DNA of 64,000 nt from Octopus bimaculoides (GCF_001194135.2 NC_068989.1:4151240-4215239), one strand, 5' to 3'; shown: positions 26,728 through 39,940, numbered from the stretch's first letter. Numbers and translations are program-made. Notes: generated by a model from the sequence alone, not told the origin.

Positions 26728-27026
26728 NNNNNNNNNNNNNNNNNNNNNNNNNNNNNNNNNNNNNNNNNNNNNNNNNNNNNNNNNNNNNNNNNNNNNNNNN
26801 NNNNNNNNNNNNNNNNNNNNNNNNNNNNNNNNNNNNNNNNNNNNNNNNNNNNNNNNNNNNNNNNNNNNNNNNNNNNNNNNNNNNNNNNNNNNNNNNNNNN
26901 NNNNNNNNNNNNNNNNNNNNNNNNNNNNNNNNNNNNNNNNNNNNNNNNNNNNNNNNNNNNNNNNNNNNNNNNNNNNNNNNNNNNNNNNNNNNNNNNNNNN
27001 NNNNNNNNNNNNNNNNNNNNNNNNNN

Positions 27027-27080
<54 letters not shown>

Positions 27081-28060
27081 CACACAAGGGTACATATGCA
27101 TAAATCAAACAGCAATCACACATATACAGCCCTATATAAACTATAATCGTATATACTTATCTACAGGTACAGACACAAACATGTACACATACACACACAC
27201 TCACACTCATACACACACATATATGTATGTATATGTATGTATATGTATATATATCCACGTATACAAATGCATTCATTAATACTTACATTCATAAAACACA
27301 TACAGTAAATTTGTTTCGATTTTCATGTTAGGGACTGAGAATATGATGCAAGCTGACATGTAATTTATAGTGGATGTAAGTTATACAACGATTGGCGCCC
27401 ATTTGCTAATATGGTGTTTGACTCATTGTAAAATCTGATTACCGTTTACCGTATAACCACTTTTTATTGATTCCATAACTATATTTCAAATGTATGTCTT
27501 TCTAATGTAATGAAGAATAGTAAAATACATATGCAATTTAGCATTACGTTGTAGTTGTTGTTGATTTGGTTTTTATAGGTACGCACAATTAAATCATCGT
27601 AACGCAACGATAATTTAGTTAATAATATGCGTAAATATATTTCTTGATTAATGGGCAGAGTAAACGGGACTTATGCAATATATACATACATACACACACA
27701 CACACATATATNNNNNNNNNNNNNNNNNNNNNNNNNNNNNNNNNNNNNNNNNNNNNNNNNNNNNNNNNNNNNNNNNNNNNNNNNNNNNNNNNNNNNNNNN
27801 NNNNNNNNNNNNNNNNNNNNNNNNNNNNNNNNNNNNNNNNNNNNNNNNNNNNNNNNNNNNNNNNNNNNNNNNNNNNNNNNNNNNNNNNNNNNNNNNNNNN
27901 NNNNNNNNNNNNNNNNNNNNNNNNNNNNNNNNNNNNNNNNNNNNNNNNNNNNNNNNNNNNNNNNNNNNNNNNNNNNNNNNNNNNNNNNNNNNNNNNNNNN
28001 NNNNNNNNNNNNNNNNNNNNNNNNNNNNNNNNNNNNNNNNNNNCAAACACACACACACAA

Positions 28061-28091
<31 letters not shown>

Positions 28092-28940
28092 CATATACTC
28101 AATAATAAGAAGCTCAGTAAACACTACTGTTATTTTCAAGTTTCATGTAACACACTCGTGTTTCTGTAATCCCCATCAAGCAAATATCTCAATGCACGAT
28201 CATTCCTTCCTCATCCCTAGTGTTGGGTTCTGACATTCTCTAGCAAAGTATATTCATATTCATCACCTAATGGATAGAAATGTCAAACATCCTTATTCTC
28301 ATTGCCATACTAGCGATAGATATTATGCCTTCGGTCTCGCTGCTATTTGGTAGTGTTAACACGTCGATAACGATGATAATAGTTTCTCGTGTCCCTGATG
28401 GTTTTTTTGAATACGCTCCAAGTATCGTAGTTCAGATGTTCGTAACGCGAGAAGTTACAGAGGTCATGGTGTTAGTTTTTTATTTCTATTGCATTTATTT
28501 ATTTGATTTTCTTGTCAGTAAGCTGTTCTTTATCTTGGTGGTTGTAACTGTGGCATTGGTTATCATAGATACTTCACTTGCATTTACCGTAATGATGGTT
28601 ATGAATCGCAATGATGTATTTGATCAATGCTGGTTTTGATCTGGTGTAGCTGGAACTGTTTGTGTTCATATAAATGTGATCGTCGTGTTTACTGCGTAAT
28701 TGAAATATCACACATATTGTATTATATTATTCTATTTTCTATCATGTATTATATTATATAATATTGTTTTATGCTATATCGTATTATATCATATTGTATT
28801 ATATTATATTATATTATATTATATCATATTATATCATTTTGCAGGAAAACACACAATCTAATTATTGTAATAAAATTATTATTTATTTGAAATGATTTAA
28901 ACAAATTAATATGCTTTATTTTAAAATGAATTTAAAGTAT

Positions 28941-28995
28941 TTTCTCTTTTTCTTTTGCAGGTAAGTTTATATTTTTGCTGGTGAAATTGGTAAGA
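28941..28995 (+). promoter_or_regulatory. Candidate recursive splice site (ratchet point) with 29-nt cryptic RS-exon
   Basis: TTTCTCTTTTTCTTTTGCAG|GTAAGT at 28960/28961, followed by a second donor TTG|GTAAGA at 28990. Confidence 0.6.
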
Positions 28996-29069
28996 TTGAC
29001 TTCATTTTCTTTATATCATGTACGCGTATCGCTGTGTATTTACGGGTATGTGAATACGCGATTTAATGC

Positions 29070-29124
<55 letters not shown>

Positions 29125-30140
29125 AGTGCGCGCATTTTATCACTTTAAATTTCAAAATATTTAAAAATAAAAACAAGCAACAATTAATCAATCAGCCATA
29201 ACTGACATCCGAAACACAAATGAACATTTTTTTTATACATCAAATGCGGTTTCGTTATGCTGAGTGGGTCATCTACTCACATCNNNNNNNNNNNNNNNNN
29301 NNNNNNNNNNNNNNNNNNNNNNNNNNNNNNNNNNNNNNNNNNNNNNNNNNNNNNNNNNAGTTAAATATGAATTTCAAACTGAATAAAAGAATTAAGATAT
29401 TTTGCGTATTCTTGACTTATAACAAATATATTGTACGTAAATTTCAAAAACGAAATCTTATAAGGACCCTAAGTGTTATAAGGATTCTGGTTGAGAACCA
29501 CTAGACTAGATGAACAGACAAAAACAAATCATCATCATTAGCTAGTTAGAACTCACGAATTATAAACAAATGCCGTATTTATTTGTGTAAGTTGGGCTGT
29601 TTTATATTTGATGTTTACCAAAAAAAAAAAAAGAACTGCGGTGCCACGAATATACGTAGCAAAACTAAACCTATGAAAGGGAAACACTTCCTGCCAAAAT
29701 TTTAAAACTAAATCAGAGGTACGGCTTTTATACATGCTCAACTTATATATGAGCAAATCTGGTTGTTGTTTTTTTTTAATGTCATTGATTTGGCCATATT
29801 ATCTCAATAATTGAAGCGAGCTGCTCGACCAGCTACATACAGCAGTCATATCGTGCGCATGCATGTGTGTTAGGTAAGATGAGAGAGTATTAGCAGATCT
29901 CTGGTTCTGGCTATTCATATTAATGATAACACCTTCTCAATTCAAATACTAAGCGGGTTGGACATGGTGTATTTAATTACAGATCATTAGATAGATTTTA
30001 TATTATACAGAGAACTCAACACAAGAGTGCCATAAAATTATAGAATGCGTGAAACACAAAACTAATAGAAAGATTATCTAATACATTTGTGATGGTGTGT
30101 ATGCATGTATCTGAGAGCATCTCTCTCTCTCACTCTGTAT

Positions 30141-30214
<74 letters not shown>

Positions 30215-30722
30215 AGGGTGTATGTGTATATATAAATATATGTGCGTATATATATGTATATATGTATATATATGTATACATGCATATACACACACATATA
30301 TATTTAAATATATATAAACATATTCATGCATATATGTGTGTATATGTTTATATACACTTGCATAGATATATATTCATACACACAAGTATACAAAACACGC
30401 ACACACACTCACTGAGCTACACACACATACACACAGATTCACATATTGATGCAAGTGAATGAGGAGAAGTACATCAATATTCAATGTGATCGATAATGTT
30501 AATTGATTGATCATGAAAATTAGTAGCAATTTATCAGAGGTGTGATATCAGCAGAGCAGCTTGGAATTAATTGTTGATATAATTAAGTAAAAATATCGAT
30601 ATATTTCATTGCAACGAAAAACTCAATATGGCTTCATGCAATGAAAAGAAATAATCTTATCTGCCGATCAGCATCACCCACCTGCATGTTCACGATGATG
30701 ATGATCATCATCATAATTAACT

Positions 30723-30795
<73 letters not shown>

Positions 30796-30811
30796 GATAA
30801 CAATAATAATA

Positions 30812-30896
<85 letters not shown>

Positions 30897-30898
<2 letters not shown>

Positions 30899-31187
30899 TC
30901 CTGATGCAATGCCAGGTAGTGGCTCTCATGGCTGATTGCAAGTGTTTTGTCTTGGTATGAAACATGGGCTATAGCAAATATCTGCTCAATACCACAGATT
31001 TGTTTCTCAGTTGTTTGACCTTAACCATTCCACCATGTTCCTTGGTGGCCGACGATATGTGCATCTCTGATCACGATCAGAAGTAGTGGGGGGAGGCATC
31101 ACAGTTATATGTTGAGGAGAATTCTTTGGAGTTTGGATCATTCACCTTCGGAAACATGGATGCATTGTTCAACATCCTTAAACAACT
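30897..31187 (+). mobile_element. Interspersed repeat family X, left part (interrupted by the TRIM)
   Basis: Starts right after (AAT)n. Its end AACATGGATG...AACATCCTTAAACAAC matches the reverse complement of the end of 50985-51262. Confidence 0.6.
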
Positions 31188-31886
31188 TGTCTTGGCAGGA
31201 CACCCCCATGTGAGAGGTGGGCTGTTCCACTACTGATAAATAGGGGACAGACACAGCAAGCAGTGTCAGTCAGCGAGGTACGCTGTTTGGGCCAGGCACC
31301 CAAACGGCGAAAATACGTCGTCATAATGCGGGGTATATCAGTGGCGACAAAGATACATCCCACTGTATAACGATGTCGTTATAACAGTGGTAACGTGGTT
31401 ACGAACGTTAGTAGGAGTTTCGAAATGGAACAACTACGGACAGTGAAAAATTTGAAGGAACTGAACTACATACAGTGAATATTAATATAAACATTGTGAA
31501 AAATATATAAATTCTATTGAAAAAAGATTCTGAAGAAAAGCTGTCTGATAAACCTGGAACTCTAACACAACTGAACTACACACAGTGAAAAATAATATTA
31601 ATCCGTTTGAAGGATTTGAGTCAGGTCGCTACATCTCTGTAGCACTACCAGTAAACAATGTAGACTACTACTACCTGCGGCATTCAGAAGCAAAAAAAAT
31701 AACGTCGTGTGAAAAAAATCTCAAAGAGGGGAGGTGTTGTGGTGGACACCCCCAAGTGAGAAGTGGGCTGCTGCACTACTGATAAACAGTGGATAGACAC
31801 AGCAAGCAGTGTCAGTCAGCGAGGTACGCTGTTCGAGTCAGTCACGCAGACGACGAAAATACGTCGTCATAATGCGGGACAGATCA
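31188..31886 (+). mobile_element. Complete non-autonomous miniature LTR retrotransposon (TRIM)
   Basis: Two ~152-bp direct repeats with TG..CA ends (31188-31339, 31735-31886). PBS TGGCGACAAAGAT at 31341; PPT AAAGAGGGGAGG at 31723-31734; TSD CAACT/CAACC; no internal ORF. Confidence 0.85.
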
Positions 31887-31953
31887 CAACCCTTATTCGG
31901 GGACCTTTTGCGTGGAATGGGCTACACGAACTGAAGAAAAATTCTAACTGGAT
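31887..31953 (+). mobile_element. Interspersed repeat family X, continuation after the TRIM
   Basis: CCTTATTCGGGGACCTTTTG...GAAGAAAAATTCTAACTGG is homologous to the reverse complement of ~51165-51225. Confidence 0.65.
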
Positions 31954-32006
31954 TACTACTACTACTACTACTACTACAACTAATACTAATAATAATAATA
32001 ATACTG

Positions 32007-32061
<55 letters not shown>

Positions 32062-32808
32062 CACTGCTGCTGCTACAAAAATGACAATAACAGAAATAAC
32101 AACAGCAGTATATTGTTATTAGTAAGCAATTATGATATTCCACGTTATTGTTCTTATTCTTGCTGTTGTCTTATTTTACACTTATTATCTATGTTATTAC
32201 AATATTCGTCATCAGTGACTTCTTTTACAACCACCAACTTCATTTGCAAAAACAGCAAAGCAGGTACCACTACCTGCGCCAGCATCGCACTCGTACTCAC
32301 TGTTTACCATCGTCACCGTCACAATTATCACCTCCATTTCTTGACTTTCTATCTCATTAGCAAGCGAATTTTCTAAAACTTTTCCATTGATATTTATTAG
32401 CAGAAGCAATGCACAAATATGTGTATATCGATAATATGTATTAACTATACAACTACGTAAATATGTGTGTGTGTCTGTGTACGTGTGTGAGTGTCTGTGT
32501 GTGTGTGTGTGTGTAAGTGCGGGTGTGTATGTGTGTGAGCACATGTGTATGTCATTTATACATTTATATAGTTATATATATGCATATATATATATATATA
32601 TATATATANNNNNNNNNNNNNNNNNNNNNNNNNNNNNNNNNNNNNNNNNNNNNNNNNNNNNNNNNNNNNNNNNNNNNNNNNNNNNNNNNNNNNNNNNNNN
32701 NNNNNNNNNNNNNNNNNNNNNNNNNNNNNNNNNNNNNNNNNNNNNNNNNNNNNNNNNNNNNNNNNNNNNNNNNNNNNNNNNNNNNNNNNNNNNNNNNNNN
32801 NNNNNNNN

Positions 32809-32888
<80 letters not shown>

Positions 32889-32953
32889 ACATGTATATAT
32901 GTATATGCTTATATATACATATACGTATGTATATGTGCTGTTTATATACACAA

Positions 32954-33043
<90 letters not shown>

Positions 33044-33596
33044 GTACACATATGAATAGGCTTAGGAATATGTGTGTTTGTGAGTATGTATGTGTGTGTG
33101 TATCATGTGTCTTTTGATCGGTGTGAAAGAGGGCAATTGATTCGATCGTCAGTAAATTTAATATAAGACTCTGCCAGATTTAATCTCATAACAAATTCTA
33201 TCACGCAAATATTGGTTTCGTATATTCCAAGTCTGAAAACACTTTTCATATATTCAGGCTCATTCCTATATTAATTTTGAATTGGTAACATGCCGTCATA
33301 TGAAAACATTACCTGGCGGAATCAAGCACATTCACACACACACACACACATACACACACGGACTTATATGAAATTTATGCAATAAAAGACTTCGTGGATT
33401 TCCACTGCAGATACGTATGGTCGATAGTGTCAGCCTGTTATATGTATGTATAAATTCATGAATCGATGCAATACATATATGCATGTGTGTAAGTATGTAA
33501 TCGGGTATATAAGCAAGACTGTAGACAGGTGGTTTTATGTTGGAACTCAGACCAATATAATAGAAGAATTGGTTCATATTGACGTGGCTATGAATA

Positions 33597-33652
33597 TATT
33601 GTTGATGAAGACCTACAAAAATATTGCCCAGGGACTTGAAACGGTAACAATA
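33597..33652 (+). ncRNA. Decayed hammerhead ribozyme (C3 missing)
   Basis: Stem I UAUUGU/ACAAUA; UGAUGA lacking the first core C; stem II remnant AGACCU...AGGGACUU; GAAACGGUA. Confidence 0.5.
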
Positions 33653-33735
33653 GCACAAATACACATACGCGCATATATATATGCATATGTGTATGTATAT
33701 GTACTGGTTATATACACAAATACATACACACACAA

Positions 33736-33794
<59 letters not shown>

Positions 33795-33897
33795 AACATA
33801 TATTCACAGATAGGGATACTCACACAACGCACGCACACACAGGTAAGCCCGAACACAATCATACGATGCACTCTCCAACATTAATTTATATGTACTC

Positions 33898-33934
<37 letters not shown>

Positions 33935-34439
33935 CATAGATGAATATGGGTTGTATGCATGTGTATGTGTGTGTGGCGGGGGGGGGGCGTGTATGACTTT
34001 TCAAAAGCTGCATAGATCGAAAATCCTTAGTGTCTGTCCCTTCGTCTGAATAGATTGTTATATCTATTGACTTCTTTTAATGGAGAAGCTACGTATTTTA
34101 AGTGTCAAACCACTCCCAGACATCTCGATTAAGTGAGGAGACCTTTCATGTAACTCAAAACCACTTCGAGTAAATCACTTTCGTTGATGATTTTGTCTTC
34201 TTTTTTGTTTAGTTGGTGTAGTTTTCTTTAACCCTAGGTTTGCCATGAAGCAGCAGAACCACGACCGAATTATATTCGAAATCTGATCCTCCAATATTTT
34301 GGCGAGTTACATTCCATCGTATGCCACTTACTCTTTCAAATTTTGTGGATCTAATTCGAGAGGGTTCGGTAGCTATTTTAGAAGGTCTCGCATACACGCT
34401 AAGAAACATTCATTTGGCTGTGTGCTCTTTAAGTTGAAA

Positions 34440-34690
34440 CATAACTTTATCTTTCCATTTTCTCCACCCAGTTTTCTTGGGAGAGTAATGGAGGCAAAGC
34501 CCTAAGGCACCTTCTCTATAGGGCCCTGTCAAAAGCAACTGCAAGGACATTTTCCTGCTGGAAATAGATATTATTCGACCATTTCCATTTTGCTCTACCC
34601 CTTGGTCTCCTGGTTGGCTGCGCTTGAATTATCTGTCATCCAGTTCTTTCCGGCGGCATTCTAATTACATACACCTGCGCCTACACTATG
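34440..34690 (-). pseudogene. RTE-like LINE C-terminal fragment
   Basis: RMPPERTG*QIIQAQPTRRPRGRAKWKWSNNI...VAFDRAL*RRCLRALPP resembles the RM..ER..RQIL...P.G.RPRGRP..RW.D.I end of RTE-clade ORFs. Confidence 0.7.
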
Positions 34691-34784
34691 AAAAGGTGTA
34701 GGTGCAGGTGTATCATATCTGGAAGAACCGATTGAACAGCAAAAATTTGTGCGAATTTCACGAAAGGTTTTCTCAAAGAAGGGT

Positions 34785-34938
<154 letters not shown>

Positions 34939-34964
34939 CCTAGACATTACTTTCTAAAGACCCA

Positions 34965-35196
34965 GGACTCCTAGGGCCGGTTGCCCGGTTTCCACGGCGT
35001 AAGAGCAACCGAGATCAAAACATTGCCACTTAACGAGATACCGGTCCATCACAGAGCTACTCATTTCGAAGCTGAGTGAACTGAGGTAACATGAAATGAA
35101 ATGTTCTGCAGAAGAACGCAAAGCACCACCCGCTCCGGAAATCGAAACGACTGTCTTGCAATCGTGAGTACAACACTTTGACCAATAAGCCACACG
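34965..35196 (-). mobile_element. tRNA-derived CORE-like SINE, family D
   Basis: GGGCCGGTTGCCCGGTTTCC...ACATGAAATGAAATGTTCTGC...GGAAATCGAAAC...TAAGCCAC. Related copies at ~25835-25980 (+) and ~53925-54150 (-). Confidence 0.65.
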
Positions 35197-35779
35197 CTTT
35201 TATAGTAAAGGCTTACCTGGCTCTAAAAAGAACTACATGGAAAACTAAATTAACGACATATAGATCCGACCAGAGGAGCATATCTCACTTAACAATTACC
35301 GTGTGTTGGCACGGTCGAATGTTTAAGAGGTTTAGGTCTTCGCTCTTTGGCTGCTATTTCTAGTAGATCAATCGACTACGCTGAAGTTCCTTCCTCGGCT
35401 TGTGGTTTTGCCATTGCTTGTATCAGGGAAGCTCATAATTATCGATGAAGGAAATAAAAATACCAACTTTTCAGTTGATTGATTGATACCCTAGTGACTT
35501 TCCCATCTGTCTACCACTCTCAGAACTTAATTTTAATATCCAAACTTAATTAGAAAATCGATAATTTTTAATCAATATAGCTATTTCCTTGTTTTTAATA
35601 TAATTATATTATTTAACATAATAATTATGGCAATCACTACGTTATTTAATTCGACTGAAGGTGGGAAATAGTTAAAAGAGTAAAATAGGTTGTTTGCAGC
35701 TTCGTCGTTTCCTTTGAAATTATCACTTCAAATCCCACCAGGGTTGACTCCGCCCTTCACCCCCCCACACGAAATTAAC

Positions 35780-36190
35780 CTTTTACCTTTTACTTGTTTC
35801 TATCATTGGACTACGACCATACTGGGGCATCGTCTTGATGGCTTTTAGTCGAACAGATCAACTTAAGTACTTATTTTCCAAGCCTGATGCTTATTCTATC
35901 GGTCGCTTTTGTTGAAACGCTTTGTGTACGAAGACGTACATAAACCAACACCGGTTGTCAAGCAGGAGCGGGGGGGGAACAATCATAAAAACACAAACAC
36001 ATACTCACACACAGACATATATGGGACAGGCTTCTACACAGTTTCTGTCTACTAAATTCCCTCACAACTCATTGATCGACTTATGGATGTAGTAGGCGTT
36101 TGTCCAGCATGGCGCATAATGGAACCGAACTCGCATCAATTTGATTGCGAAGCGACCTTCTTCTTTAACAGCACAACTAGACATGCGCCT
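35780..36190 (-). mobile_element. SINE family A, diverged full-length copy
   Basis: Collinear with the reverse complement of the family A consensus seen at 61231. Confidence 0.7.
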
Positions 36191-37904
36191 ATAGTGGCGA
36201 AAATGTTTCGCAGCATATCTTCCAGCTCCTTATGTTCTGAGTTCGAATCCCACCGAAATCAGCTTTGACATTCATTTCTTTCGGTGGTTGACAAAATGAA
36301 ATACCAGTGAAGTGCTGAAAAATCGATGGCTTCTGAACTCAGATTTACTGACCTTGAATGCCACAATGGACCGACAGTCTATTCAGTGGTGACATCGAGA
36401 TTTCCATCACTTATTCGCCTTGGAAACTGAGTAACTACCATTGTAAGCCCTTGGGTTCAAGAAAAATGATTTAAATAACCTATAAGGTTTGCATTATTCA
36501 AGTAGGATTAACTAAATAAAGCATGTCAATATTTAAAACCTGCAGCATTTTGATATCGCTTTGTTCGCTCCGACGAGAGATTTGCATTATGTGATCAGCT
36601 ACATGATTCTAAAATAACTGCAGCGCTCTGAAAGACAGATCCCCCATCGCGGATATTGTCGATAATCGAAAAACCGTCATCAACAGCTCATTATGTGTTA
36701 AGCAAGTGACTCAAGCCACTGAACTTACCACGATATCGTTGGAAACAATTAAAGATTTAATGGATATGCTTTATGCTTTCTATAATCGATCCAAGTTACA
36801 CATTCAATAGTTATTTATACGGAGGAAACTATAGCATGCTGTTTACTCGTCTATTACCTAGCAATACATCAAGAACGTCTTGAGAGATGTTATGTAAAGG
36901 GAATTGTGGGGAAAAAAGAGACAAAAACAAAAGACTTCTATTTCGAAATATTTTGTTTCAATTCCGCTTAATTTGTGTATGTGTAAGTACAAGTGTGTGT
37001 GTGTGTGTGTGTGCCTGCGTGTGTATGTCTGTGTATAGTATGCATGTATGTATGTTTTAATGAAAGATCATTTCTCATATTGATATATATANNNNNNNNN
37101 NNNNNNNNNNNNNNNNNNNNNNNNNNNNNNNNNNNNNNNNNNNNNNNNNNNNNNNNNNNNNNNNNNNNNNNNNNNNNNNNNNNNNATATATATATATATA
37201 TATACATATATATATGCATGTATGCATAAATATATATATATTCATACATATATATATACACACACACATATATATATACATACACACATATATATATACA
37301 TACATATATATATATATATACACACATATATGCACATATGTATATATGTATATATCTGCACATACATGAGTGTGTTTTTGTGTGTGTGTTCCTCTGTTTG
37401 TGTGCGTGTATGTGCGTGTGTATACGTATGCATACGTGTAAGTTTTAATGTATGCAAATTTTCATACAAACACTCACTCAAGCACGTATGAATCGTTTAT
37501 CGCTGAACTTAGACGGTCAGAAGAGGCTGGCAGTTAGACGCGTGTTCCATTGTAAATATTCATTAGACAATATTTGTGGCTCCGTATACATTATCGCTAC
37601 TGACATTTTCATGGCACGTTTATCATAAAAATTGTAACTATAACCAGATTAACGTTGTTAGTCCATCACGTTGCCATTTACAACTTTGTGTGCAGGAAAA
37701 TATGGAACGAATTATTATAATGATTGTGTTTCTCTATAGAGAAACGATTCCCTAGGATATCTACAAGTGCATCAGCTCTGAATCTGTACATACGGACAGT
37801 AAAATAGTAACATGGTTGCTTTGTTTTGTTTTATTTTCTGTTGAGACAATAGGTTCATGCGTTCATATACATCTATTATTAAATACATTTTTCATCTTTT
37901 AATG

Positions 37905-38094
37905 GTTTCAGTCTTTGCAGAGTGACATGCTGGAACACTGCCTCAGAGGATCGCAGTCGAACAAATTTACCCTAGGACTTAATGCTTTTTTAAAAATATT
38001 TTGCTACTTATTGTATCCTTCTCGTTTGCCGAACCGCTAACGTTACGGAGACGCGAACAATCCAACATCAAGTGTCAGCCAGTGATGTGGGGGG
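37905..38094 (-). mobile_element. SINE family A, 3' half (diverged)
   Basis: TTTGCCGAACCGCTAAC-GTTACGG and CATGCTGGAACACTGCC motifs on the reverse strand. Confidence 0.75.
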
Positions 38095-38180
38095 ATAAAA
38101 ACGTATATACAGTCATATCTGTGTGTGTGGGGTGTGTGGGTGTGTGTGTGTGCGTGTGTGTGTGTTTGTATGTTTGTATG

Positions 38181-38380
38181 TCTGCGTTTGTTCCCACAAC
38201 ATCGCTTGAAAACCGATGCTGGTGTGTTTACGTCCCCGTAACTTAGCGGTTCGGCAAAACAGACCGATAGAATAAGTACTAAGATTACAAAGAGTAAGTC
38301 CCGGGGTCGATTAGCTCGACGAAAGGCGGTGCTGCAGCATGGCCGCAGTCAAATGACTGAATCAAGTAATAGAATAACAG
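38181..38380 (+). mobile_element. SINE family A, 3' half
   Basis: CCCCGTAACTTAGCGGTTCGGCAAAA...CAGCATGGCCGCAGTCAAATGACTGAA. Confidence 0.85.
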
Positions 38381-38417
38381 AGTATATTAACGTACCCGTT
38401 TATTATATCTTGATAGA

Positions 38418-38680
38418 CGCGTGCCGTAGTGGTTAGGGTATTTGACACACGATTGTAAGACACTTTATTTCACGTTGCACCCGTCCACCCATCTGACAAA
38501 AATGAGTTCTACCTTGTTACATTCTGTCACGCTGAAACTCCCTGAGAACCACGTAGACGATATGCGTGTCTGTGGAGTGAGTCCTCGGCCACTCACACGT
38601 TAAGTTCACGTGAGAACAGGCTGTTTGATTGGTCGGATCAACAGAAATGCTCGGCATTGTAACCGACAGAGTACCAGTTT
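38418..38680 (+). mobile_element. SINE with family D-like head and family C-like tail
   Basis: GCGTGCCGTAGTGGTTAGGG head, CACTTTATTTCACGTTGC core, and CTGAGAACCACGT...GTGTCTGTGGAGTG tail. Confidence 0.65.
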
Positions 38681-39519
38681 ATTTTGATTCGATGCAAGAC
38701 AGATTGCTTGTCACAACAGAACATCCGAAAGAAATGCCATGAAACGTTTGGTTAAGGTACCGACGAAAATCCATTCAAATCTAAGAAAAAAGTATATTTT
38801 CTACAAATAATGATTTCTCGCTTACGAACACAATGCTATGTATAGTTGTAGANNNNNNNNNNATATATATATATATATATATATATAAACACACATATAC
38901 ACATGCATACATTTCGTCTACCGTATACTTGTCTGTATGGATATGCAGTTGTATTCCTAGCAGTCTGTATATTATCTACAAATGTATTGATCTGTATCTC
39001 TCTTTCACTTTCTCTCCCTTACTCTCCCCCCTCTCTCTCACTCATACATACTCTTGCTCTTTTTCTTTCTCTCTCAATTTTTTTTATCGACCTATTTTTT
39101 CCTGTTTTACACAATCCTACATACACTCTGCATATATTCCAGAATGAAAAAAACAAAAAACAAAAGAAGAGACGCAATAATTGAAAAAAAATGCTCATAT
39201 TAGCAAACACCAACAGCATCCACACTCATTGTCCACTCTCCACTCCAACTCGACTTCACCCCACTCTACTCCACTCCAACTCGACTTCACCCCCACACCA
39301 CTCCACTCCCATCCTAAAATCCAGCAAGACAACATTGGTCGATGTAAACCTGCAGTCGACACATAATCCTGTTTATTTAGCACGGTTTATTAAGTTCTTA
39401 CATTAACGCTTCAGCGATTAGAAAAGGGATTAAAGTACCGCGTGGATTAAGCTCGGATTAGAAGACGTTAGGGACTTTCTCTTAGTCACTCGGAAGGCAA
39501 AACTATAATAGCCGATACT

Positions 39520-39557
39520 ACTACTGCTACTGCTGCTGCTGCTGCTAATGACGATGA

Positions 39558-39617
<60 letters not shown>

Positions 39618-39790
39618 GGTGATGATGATGATGGTGATGATGATGATGGTGATGATGATGGTGATGATGATGATGGTGATGATGATGATGATGATGATGA
39701 TGGTGATGATGATGGTGATGATGATGAGGGGGAGGAGGAGAAAGAGAATGATATTAATATTACCACTATAAGTATTATTATTATTATTAT

Positions 39791-39852
<62 letters not shown>

Positions 39853-39867
39853 ACATCATCATCATCA

Positions 39868-39922
<55 letters not shown>

Positions 39923-39940
39923 CATTATTATTATTATTAA
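39520..39940. repeat. Compound (GAT)n/(TAG)n/(TTA)n tract with a (GAT)4GGT higher-order unit
   Basis: A 15-bp superperiod is visible at ~39590-39720. Confidence 0.9.

Noticed and set aside
28280-28639. 119-aa hydrophobic ORF resembling a membrane protein
   Set aside because: Eroded trinucleotide low-complexity DNA with T-rich second codon positions; no motif or convincing splice signals.
29484-29503. TTGAGAACCACTAG, a possible hAT TIR end
   Set aside because: The partner TIR is not visible and may be lost in the adjacent gap.
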